A DNA stretch of 64,000 bases, taken from NCBI RefSeq assembly GCF_046105845.1, contig NZ_CP151004.1. The stretch is one strand, 5' to 3'. The DNA comes from Escherichia coli (lineage in GTDB: Bacteria; Pseudomonadota; Gammaproteobacteria; Enterobacterales; Enterobacteriaceae). Below the pieces are notes generated by a model. That model saw only the letters and a program-made list of their open reading frames with translations, had not been told where the DNA came from and did no database searches. Shown in pieces: positions 56,044 to 64,000 of the stretch (position 1 is the stretch's first letter; each line of letters begins with the position of its first letter). Position numbers and translations under genes: made by a program.

Positions 56044-56176
56044 AACCAAACGACTCGGGGTGCCCTTCTGCGTGAAGGCTGAGAAATACCCGTATCACCT
56101 GATCTGGATAATGCCAGCGTAGGGAAGTCACGGACCACCAGGTCATTGCTTCTTCACGTTATGGCAGGAGCAAACT
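56044..56176 (+). ncRNA. TPP (THI-box) riboswitch in the thiM leader
   Basis: Leader contains GGGGTGCCCTTCTGCGTGAAGGCTGAGAAATACCCGTATCACCTGATCTGGATAATGCCAGCGTAGGGAA; Shine-Dalgarno GGAG at 56167-56170 lies in the expression platform. Confidence 0.85.
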
Positions 56177-56965
56177 ATGCAAGTCGACCTGCTGAGTTCC
56201 GCGCAATCTGCGCACGCGTTACACCTTTTTCACCAACATTCCCCTCTTGTGCACTGCATGACCAACGATGTGGTGCAAACCTTTACTGCCAATACCTTGC
56301 TGGCGCTCGGTGCATCGCCAGCGATGGTTATCGAAACCGAAGAGGCCAGTCAGTTTGCGGCTATCGCCAGTGCGTTGCTGATTAACGTTGGCACGCTGAC
56401 GCAGCCACGCGCACAGGCGATGCGTGCCGCCGTTGAACAGGCAAAACGCTCTCAAACACCCTGGACGCTTGATCCAGTAGCGGTGGGTGCACTCGACTAT
56501 CGCCGCCGTTTTTGTCTGGAACTTCTGTCTCATAAGCCAACCGCCATACGTGGTAATGCTTCGGAAATCATGGCATTAGCTGGCATTGCTAATGGCGGAC
56601 GGGGAGTGGATACCACTGACGCCGCAGCTAATGCGATACCCGCTGCACAAACACTGGCACGGGAAACTGGCGCAATCGTCGTGGTCACAGGCGAGGTGGA
56701 TTATGTTACCGATGGTCATTGCACCGTTGGCATTCACGGTGGCGATCCGCTAATGACCAAAGTGGTAGGAACTGGCTGTGCATTATCGGCGGTTGTCGCT
56801 GCCTGTTGTGCGTTACCAGGCGATACGCTGGAAAATATCGCATCTGCCTGTCACTGGATGAAACAAGCCGGAGAACGCGCAGTCGCCAGAAGCGAGGGGC
56901 CAGGCAGTTTTGTTCCACATTTCCTTGATGCGCTCTGGCAATTGACGCAGGAGGTGCAGGCGTGA
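56177..56965 (+). CDS. thiM: Hydroxyethylthiazole kinase
   Basis: 262-aa ORF; ThiM family sequence. Confidence 0.95.
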   Translation: MQVDLLSSAQSAHALHLFHQHSPLVHCMTNDVVQTFTANTLLALGASPAMVIETEEASQFAAIASALLINVGTLTQPRAQAMRAAVEQAKRSQTPWTLDPVAVGALDYRRRFCLELLSHKPTAIRGNASEIMALAGIANGGRGVDTTDAAANAIPAAQTLARETGAIVVVTGEVDYVTDGHCTVGIHGGDPLMTKVVGTGCALSAVVAACCALPGDTLENIASACHWMKQAGERAVARSEGPGSFVPHFLDALWQLTQEVQA

Positions 56966-57762
56966 AACGAATTAACGCTCTGACGATTGCTGGTACTGAT
57001 CCGAGTGGTGGTGCGGGGATTCAGGCCGATCTTAAAACCTTCTCGGCACTTGGCGCTTATGGTTGCTCAGTGATTACTGCACTGGTGGCGCAAAATACCC
57101 GTGGCGTACAGTCGGTGTATCGCATTGAGCCTGATTTTGTCGCCGCCCAGCTCGATTCGGTGTTCAGCGATGTGCGAATCGATACCACTAAAATCGGTAT
57201 GTTGGCGGAAACCGATATTGTTGAAGCGGTGGCAGAACGGTTGCAACGTTATCAGATCCAAAACGTGGTACTCGACACCGTTATGCTGGCAAAAAGCGGC
57301 GACCCGCTGCTTTCACCTTCGGCGGTTGCTACGCTGCGCAGTCGATTATTGCCACAGGTTTCATTAATAACGCCAAACTTGCCCGAAGCTGCCGCCTTGC
57401 TCGACGCGCCACACGCGCGCACCGAACAGGAAATGCTGGAACAAGGGCGATCGCTGTTGGCGATGGGCTGTGGCGCAGTGCTAATGAAAGGTGGTCATCT
57501 GGATGATGAGCAAAGCCCGGACTGGCTGTTTACTCGTGAGGGGGAACAACGATTTACTGCACCGCGCATTATGACCAAAAACACCCACGGCACTGGTTGT
57601 ACGCTCTCTGCGGCGTTGGCTGCACTACGCCCGCGCCATACAAACTGGGCTGACACCGTACAGGAGGCAAAAAGCTGGCTTTCATCGGCGTTAGCCCAGG
57701 CCGACACGCTGGAAGTTGGTCACGGTATTGGTCCGGTTCACCACTTCCACGCCTGGTGGTGA
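56962..57762 (+). CDS. thiD: Hydroxymethylpyrimidine/phosphomethylpyrimidine kinase
   Basis: 266-aa ORF overlapping thiM stop; PfkB-like ThiD sequence. Confidence 0.95.
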   Translation: MKRINALTIAGTDPSGGAGIQADLKTFSALGAYGCSVITALVAQNTRGVQSVYRIEPDFVAAQLDSVFSDVRIDTTKIGMLAETDIVEAVAERLQRYQIQNVVLDTVMLAKSGDPLLSPSAVATLRSRLLPQVSLITPNLPEAAALLDAPHARTEQEMLEQGRSLLAMGCGAVLMKGGHLDDEQSPDWLFTREGEQRFTAPRIMTKNTHGTGCTLSAALAALRPRHTNWADTVQEAKSWLSSALAQADTLEVGHGIGPVHHFHAWW

Positions 57763-57826
57763 GCACCGTACTATAGCTGCTTTGGTTATTGTCAGCCTTT
57801 GGCGCTGACATTCAGGGATGAAACCA

Positions 57827-58645
57827 ATGCAACTGAGAATCACCAGTCGAAAAAAATTCACCGCTTTATTATGCGCTCTTGGGCTAATTTCCATCGTTGC
57901 AATTTATCCGCGTCAGACGGTGAATTTTTTCTACTCGACAGCAATTCAGATTAAAGACTACATCCACTTCTACGGTTATCGTCCGGTCAAATCTTTTGCT
58001 ATTCGCATTCCTGCCAGTTACACCATTCATGGTATTGATGTTTCACGCTGGCAGGAGCGAATCGACTGGCAGCGGGTGGCAAAAATGCGCGATAACGGTA
58101 TTCGCTTGCAGTTTGCCTTTATCAAGGCGACGGAAGGCGAAAAGCTGGTGGACCCCTATTTTTCGCGTAACTGGCAACTAAGCCGCGAAAATGGCCTGCT
58201 GCGCGGGGCGTATCATTATTTCTCCCCGTCAGTATCCGCTTCAGTTCAGGCGCGATTATTTCTGCAAACGGTGGATTTCTCACAAGACGATTTCCCTGCG
58301 GTACTGGACGTAGAAGAGCGAGGAAAATTATCGGCAAAAGAATTACGTAAGCGGGTAAGTCAGTGGCTAAAAATGGTCGAAAAAAGTACGGGAAAAAAGC
58401 CGATTATTTACTCAGGAGCCGTTTTTTATCACACCAATCTGGCGGGCTATTTCAATGAATATCCGTGGTGGGTGGCTCACTATTATCAACGTCGTCCGGA
58501 CAATGACGGCATGGCCTGGCGCTTCTGGCAGCATTCCGACCGTGGACAGGTAGATGGCATTAATGGTCCGGTGGATTTTAATGTGTTTAATGGCACGGTG
58601 GAGGAGTTGCAGGCATTCGTTGATGGGATGAAAGAAACGCCTTAA
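57827..58645 (+). CDS. yegX: GH25 lysozyme-family hydrolase YegX
   Basis: Start at MQLRITSRKKF gives 272 aa; GH25-like sequence. Confidence 0.85.
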   Translation: MQLRITSRKKFTALLCALGLISIVAIYPRQTVNFFYSTAIQIKDYIHFYGYRPVKSFAIRIPASYTIHGIDVSRWQERIDWQRVAKMRDNGIRLQFAFIKATEGEKLVDPYFSRNWQLSRENGLLRGAYHYFSPSVSASVQARLFLQTVDFSQDDFPAVLDVEERGKLSAKELRKRVSQWLKMVEKSTGKKPIIYSGAVFYHTNLAGYFNEYPWWVAHYYQRRPDNDGMAWRFWQHSDRGQVDGINGPVDFNVFNGTVEELQAFVDGMKETP

Positions 58646-58696
58646 ATAAGAAGCAGTGATATACTCCCACCAGACTCCCTGGCAGGAAAAAGACAA

Positions 58697-59443
58697 ATGG
58701 AACAAGCGCATACCCAGCTGATTGCCCAACTGAACGAACGTATTTTAGCGGCGGATAACACGCCGCTTTATATTAAGTTTGCCGAAACGGTAAAAAATGC
58801 CGTGCGCAGCGGGGTGCTGGAGCATGGCAATATTTTGCCCGGTGAGCGTGATTTAAGTCAGTTAACCGGCGTTTCGCGCATTACGGTGCGCAAGGCGATG
58901 CAGGCGCTGGAAGAAGAGGGCGTGGTGACGCGTTCGCGTGGTTACGGCACGCAGATCAACAACATCTTCGAATACTCGTTGAAAGAAGCGCGAGGTTTTT
59001 CTCAGCAGGTGGTATTGCGCGGGAAAAAGCCCGATACGCTATGGGTTAACAAGCGTGTCGTGAAATGTCCCGAAGAAGTCGCGCAGCAGCTAGCGGTCGA
59101 AGCAGGAAGTAATGTCTTTTTGCTTAAGCGTATTCGCTATGTCGATGAAGAAGCGGTATCAATTGAGGAATCGTGGGTTCCTGCGCATTTAATTCATGAT
59201 GTTGATGCCATCGGAATTTCTCTTTATGACTACTTCCGCAGCCAGCACATTTACCCACAACGTACGCGTTCCCGCGTTAGCGCCCGGATGCCGGATGCCG
59301 AGTTTCAGTCACATATTCAGTTAGATAGCAAAATACCGGTGCTGGTGATCAAGCAAGTGGCGCTTGACCAACAGCAACGGCCTATTGAGTACAGCATTAG
59401 CCACTGTCGCAGCGATCTATACGTTTTTGTGTGCGAGGAGTAG
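58697..59443 (+). CDS. yegW: GntR/HutC-family transcriptional regulator YegW
   Basis: 248 aa; N-terminal winged helix-turn-helix and UTRA-like C-terminal domain. Confidence 0.9.
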   Translation: MEQAHTQLIAQLNERILAADNTPLYIKFAETVKNAVRSGVLEHGNILPGERDLSQLTGVSRITVRKAMQALEEEGVVTRSRGYGTQINNIFEYSLKEARGFSQQVVLRGKKPDTLWVNKRVVKCPEEVAQQLAVEAGSNVFLLKRIRYVDEEAVSIEESWVPAHLIHDVDAIGISLYDYFRSQHIYPQRTRSRVSARMPDAEFQSHIQLDSKIPVLVIKQVALDQQQRPIEYSISHCRSDLYVFVCEE

Positions 59444-60382
59444 TTCCTCGCGCGTTGGCGCACAATCACCGCCCCGATGCCCGACAACCCACGACGCCAC
59501 TGCATTGCCCAGTAATACAGCATCCGCCAGTGGCAGACCAGAGGCCAGCCCGGCAAGTACGCCACCTGCATGACTGTCGCCCGCCCCAATGGTGTCGACA
59601 ACTTGCGTTGGAAATGCCGGAATGCAGCCAGAAGCATCGTTGCTGAAATACCATGCACCCTCTTTATCGAGACGAACGATCAACGGCGCGGCAAATTTCT
59701 CCTGCCATTGCTTGCCAAGTGTTGTTATCTCTGCGGATAAAGCAAAACGTTCGGCGGCAATCTCAGCCTCTTGACGATTGAGTGATACTAAAGGTCGACA
59801 GGCCATGATCCGCGCCAGTAATGCGTCCGGGATATCGCCGATACGTGGGCCAAAATCGATAAACGGCGTCACGTCTTGCAGCTCTTCCAGCCATTCCACT
59901 AACAATTCGCCGCAGAGCGAGGCCAGTTGATAACCGGAAAAATAGAGCAGGCTGCCAGGCGCAACGGTTAATCGTGCCAACCATTGGCGATTCCATTGAT
60001 TTTCCACGCCGCTGAATGACATAAAAGTGCGTTCGCCATCCGGCTCAACCAGCGCCAGACACCAGCCGTTATCACCTTCGGCGTTATCGATCAGGCTGAT
60101 TAAGCCCTCTTTTGCCATCCGGTTGCGAATAATCTCCGCCCAAACCCCCTGACCGAGCGGCAAGGCATTACCCGCTTCGATGCCGAGGCGCTTTAACGCC
60201 ACGGCAATATTCAGTGCGCAGCCGCCAACGTTAACGCTCTGCTGTTTCAGTTCGATATCGCACCCACGCCAGGGGAGGGCATAAGCGTCGGCGATCACAT
60301 CAATGACCGCCGCGCCAATCACCATAACTGGCTGACGCGTGGTTAATTCAGGCAGCAGCGTGTGTAATCGAGCGCCGCTCAT
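59417..60382 (-). CDS. yegV: PfkB-family sugar kinase YegV
   Basis: 321 aa; PfkB motifs (GAGDSHAGG). Confidence 0.9.
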   Translation of the reverse strand: MSGARLHTLLPELTTRQPVMVIGAAVIDVIADAYALPWRGCDIELKQQSVNVGGCALNIAVALKRLGIEAGNALPLGQGVWAEIIRNRMAKEGLISLIDNAEGDNGWCLALVEPDGERTFMSFSGVENQWNRQWLARLTVAPGSLLYFSGYQLASLCGELLVEWLEELQDVTPFIDFGPRIGDIPDALLARIMACRPLVSLNRQEAEIAAERFALSAEITTLGKQWQEKFAAPLIVRLDKEGAWYFSNDASGCIPAFPTQVVDTIGAGDSHAGGVLAGLASGLPLADAVLLGNAVASWVVGHRGGDCAPTREELLLAHKNV

Positions 60383-61383
60383 ACCGCCTCCCGTTGTTGA
60401 CGATATTTCGCCAGCGCTGTGGCATAGCGGTTGAAATCAAGCTGATTTACCGCATCCAGCTCCGCCTTTAACGCAGGATCGATAGCGTTAATGCCATGCA
60501 ACGCGCCGCAGATTGCCGTCGCCATAGCACCGATGGTGTCTGTATCGCCGCCAAGGTTAGCGCACAGGACGGCGCAACGGTTCGGGTCGGTTTGTGCCAG
60601 TTCAACCAGCGCAATGGCGCACGGAACGGACTCAATAGTGCTGGTACCTGCGCCAACGACCTGGTAAAGCTGTTCGCTGGCGGATTCAGTGCCGTCGGCA
60701 TTGCGCACAATTTTCAGCGCAATCTCCAGCCGCGCCGCCAATGAGGCGCTGAACGTGGTCGTGCGTTTTTGCTGTGCATGTTGCGCAATTGAAGGCAGTG
60801 AATCAACAATCGCTGACCAGCTTTCTCCGTCAATGGCACGAGAAATCGCCCATGCGATGACTACCGCACCTGCAACTGCCAGATCGGATTTATGGGTCGG
60901 GCTCGACGCCAGCGCCACATCATCAATAAAGGAATCAACATCACGCGCCGGAAGCAAACAACCTAATGGCGAGACGCGCATCGCTGCGCCGTTGGTCACG
61001 CCGTTGTTTTCCAGTTCAGCAACGGGTTTACCGTCGCGAATGGCGTTGAGAGCAATCTTCGAGGTCGGACCTAGTACGTTTTTGTTAAAGGCATCGAAAC
61101 GCAGCGCCCAGTCGAGAATATTACGCCCAATCAGATCCGGATCGATCTTGCCTTCACGTTCCAGTAACGCATCCGCCAGACACAGCGCCATCGAGGTATC
61201 GTCGGTGAATTCGGCGCGGTTAAAATAACAGGCTGCGTTATTCTCCTTTGGTCCAGGCAGAAAACGATCAATCCAGCCAAAGTGTGCTTTAACGCGGCTG
61301 CGTGGCCAAAGCTCGGAGGGCATCCCCATCGCATCCCCTAACGCCTGCCCATAAAGAGCACCGAGAATACGTTCTGTTTTCAT
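60379..61383 (-). CDS. yegU: ADP-ribosylglycohydrolase-family protein YegU
   Basis: 334 aa; overlaps yegV start and yegT stop. Confidence 0.9.
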   Translation of the reverse strand: MKTERILGALYGQALGDAMGMPSELWPRSRVKAHFGWIDRFLPGPKENNAACYFNRAEFTDDTSMALCLADALLEREGKIDPDLIGRNILDWALRFDAFNKNVLGPTSKIALNAIRDGKPVAELENNGVTNGAAMRVSPLGCLLPARDVDSFIDDVALASSPTHKSDLAVAGAVVIAWAISRAIDGESWSAIVDSLPSIAQHAQQKRTTTFSASLAARLEIALKIVRNADGTESASEQLYQVVGAGTSTIESVPCAIALVELAQTDPNRCAVLCANLGGDTDTIGAMATAICGALHGINAIDPALKAELDAVNQLDFNRYATALAKYRQQREAV

Positions 61384-62657
61384 TTAACTTCCCCTTGTGT
61401 CAACGCAATATCGCGATCATCGACCTTGATAGCCGTAATTTCGTTGTCGGATTCGCGGAAAAAAATCATGAACAGCACGGCGATAATGGCAATCATCACC
61501 GCGCCAAAAGTCCACATCCCGGACCAGTTGAAAGTCAGTCCGTTTACCGGTTCCTGATAAGCGAACATCTTTTCCATCATCACACCGCCAAGACGATAGC
61601 CGAGCAAACTGCCGAAGCCCTGGCAGCAGAGCGTGATCAGCCCCTGCGCAGCGGTACGCATATGCACGGGGGCTTTTTTATCGACATAGATGTAAGCGGT
61701 AACGTAGTAAAAATCGTAACTTACTCCATGCAGCAAAATGCCGAGGAACAGTAACGCGTAGGTGAAATATTCATCCGCACTACCGTAAATAAAGAAGCCA
61801 TAGCGGATCGCAGCGGTGACCAGACCAAGCAACAATACCTTTTTGATACCAAAGCGTTTAGTGAAAAACGGCAATGCCAGCATAAAGAAGATTTCAGAGA
61901 ACTGGCCGAGCGTCATCCAGCCGGTGGCGTTTTTCATGCCGACTTCTGTCAGATAACCGTTGGCAAAGATGTAATAGAACGCCAGTGGCATCGCAAACAG
62001 GAATGAACAGAAGAAAAAGACGAGGAAGTTTTTATCGCGCAGCAGGATCAGCGCATCCAGGCCGAGCATGACTTTAATGTCCATTTTGCCGGTGCTTTTT
62101 GGCGGCGTGTCGGGCAGGAAAAACGCAAACACACCGAGCAGAGCAGAACTTCCGGCGGTAATCAGCAGCGGGATGTTAGTCGGAGAGATATCGGCATAAC
62201 CCAGCATTTGCGGCAAAAATCCACATGCCAGACCGGAGGCAATCCAGCCGATAGTGCCCATCACACGAATGCGTGGGAAATCACGCTCCACATCCGGCAC
62301 GTTGGCAAAAGCGATACTGTTAGTCAGCGCAATGGTCGGCATATAGGTTAGCGAGTAGGCCAGCAGTAACGGGAAGAACCCGGCAAAAGTGGTCTGTTGC
62401 GCAGCGAAATACATCAGCGCCGCACCAGCGAACATCAATACCGCCAGCACTTTCTGCGCCGAGAAAAAGCGGTCAGTGATGGAGCCAACCAGAATTGGCG
62501 ACAGGATCGCCGCAATGGCGGTACAGGCATACGACCAGCCAATTTCTCCGGCACTAAAACCGCTTTTACTTAACCACAACCACAATGGCACAAACCACGC
62601 GCCCCAGATAAACCATTCAACAAACATCATGAACGACAGCTTTGCTGTTGTTTTCAT
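61380..62657 (-). CDS. yegT: MFS nucleoside transporter-family protein YegT
   Basis: 425-aa polytopic membrane ORF; first gene of yegTUV. Confidence 0.9.
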   Translation of the reverse strand: MKTTAKLSFMMFVEWFIWGAWFVPLWLWLSKSGFSAGEIGWSYACTAIAAILSPILVGSITDRFFSAQKVLAVLMFAGAALMYFAAQQTTFAGFFPLLLAYSLTYMPTIALTNSIAFANVPDVERDFPRIRVMGTIGWIASGLACGFLPQMLGYADISPTNIPLLITAGSSALLGVFAFFLPDTPPKSTGKMDIKVMLGLDALILLRDKNFLVFFFCSFLFAMPLAFYYIFANGYLTEVGMKNATGWMTLGQFSEIFFMLALPFFTKRFGIKKVLLLGLVTAAIRYGFFIYGSADEYFTYALLFLGILLHGVSYDFYYVTAYIYVDKKAPVHMRTAAQGLITLCCQGFGSLLGYRLGGVMMEKMFAYQEPVNGLTFNWSGMWTFGAVMIAIIAVLFMIFFRESDNEITAIKVDDRDIALTQGEVK

Positions 62658-62913
62658 CTTTTAATTCCTTCATGACAGGTAATGTAAGGTACGCGATGAC
62701 AATACCATTTAATAATACCTTTTAAATACCTTTGCGGTGAAAACTTGACCGCGGTAACATTTTTTCTGATGAATCGAGCCAACAGAAAACGCTGATAAAA
62801 CATCCAAAAGATGGAAAAACTCGCCTGTAACGACCAGGATTATGATTGCCCGCAAAAGGCGGGCCAGGACAATCCATAGCCGATATCCAATCGGAATTTA
62901 CGGGAGCATAGTA

Positions 62914-63966
62914 ATGACAGATATTGCGCAGTTGCTTGGCAAAGACGCCGACAACCTTTTACAGCACCGTTGTATGACTATTCCTTCTGACCAGCTTTAT
63001 CTCCCCGGACATGACTACGTAGACCGCGTGATGATTGACAATAATCGCCCGCCAGCGGTGTTACGTAATATGCAGACGTTGTACAACACCGGGCGTCTGG
63101 CTGGCACAGGATATCTTTCTATTCTGCCGGTTGACCAGGGCGTTGAGCACTCTGCCGGAGCTTCATTTGCCGCTAACCCGCTCTACTTTGACCCGAAAAA
63201 CATTGTTGAACTGGCGATCGAAGCGGGCTGTAACTGTGTGGCGTCAACTTACGGCGTGCTGGCATCGGTATCGCGGCGTTACGCGCATCGCATTCCATTC
63301 CTCGTCAAACTTAATCACAACGAGACGCTAAGTTACCCGAATACCTACGATCAAACGCTGTATGCCAGCGTGGAGCAGGCCTTCAACATGGGCGCGGTGG
63401 CGGTTGGGGCGACTATCTATTTTGGCTCGGAAGAGTCACGTCGCCAGATTGAAGAAATTTCTGCGGCCTTTGAACGCGCGCATGAGCTGGGCATGGTGAC
63501 CGTGCTGTGGGCCTATTTGCGTAACTCCGCCTTTAAGAAAGATGGCGTTGATTACCATGTTTCCGCCGACCTGACAGGTCAGGCGAATCATCTGGCGGCA
63601 ACCATAGGTGCAGATATCGTTAAACAAAAAATGGCGGAAAATAACGGCGGCTATAAAGCGATTAATTACGGTTATACCGACGATCGCGTGTACAGCAAGT
63701 TGACCAGCGAAAACCCGATTGATCTGGTGCGTTATCAGTTAGCTAACTGCTATATGGGCCGCGCAGGGTTGATAAACTCCGGCGGTGCTGCAGGCGGTGA
63801 AACTGACCTCAGCGATGCAGTGCGTACTGCGGTTATCAACAAACGCGCTGGCGGAATGGGGCTGATTCTTGGACGTAAGGCGTTCAAGAAATCGATGGCT
63901 GACGGCGTGAAACTGATTAACGCCGTGCAGGACGTTTATCTCGATAGCAAAATTACTATCGCCTGA
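62914..63966 (+). CDS. fbaB: Class I fructose-bisphosphate aldolase
   Basis: Start at [18 protein letters not shown] gives 350 aa. Confidence 0.93.
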
Positions 63967-64000
63967 TACGCCTCATACGAACAGCACTACCACGTATGCC

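Overview
This window is an Escherichia coli chromosomal segment, collinear with the K-12 mglB-to-fbaB region read in reverse orientation. Gene identities were assigned by recognising the translated ORFs and checking start positions against remembered K-12 protein lengths; no database search was run. It holds about 57 protein-coding genes, including mglBAC, preTA, cdd, dusC, mdtQ, dld, bglX, osmF-yehYXW, mlrA, btsSR, metG, mrp, the yehDCBA fimbrial operon, rcnRAB, thiMD and fbaB. It also holds the thiM TPP riboswitch, two RcnR operator sites, REP/BIME repeats and several intrinsic terminators. Three things depart from what I recall of K-12: a tandem pair of ZorO/OrzO-like type I toxin-antitoxin modules between yehL and yehK (an O157:H7-type accessory insertion), an intact mdtQ, and a GC-rich hairpin element downstream of dusC. 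The best candidate for an uncharacterised system is the yehLMPQ operon (MoxR ATPase, VWA protein, SWIM zinc-finger protein) together with the adjacent giant paralogs yehI and molR. Within that block, yehQ carries an in-frame TGA and molR carries a C-terminal frameshift. No CRISPR array, IS element, integrase or prophage gene was found.
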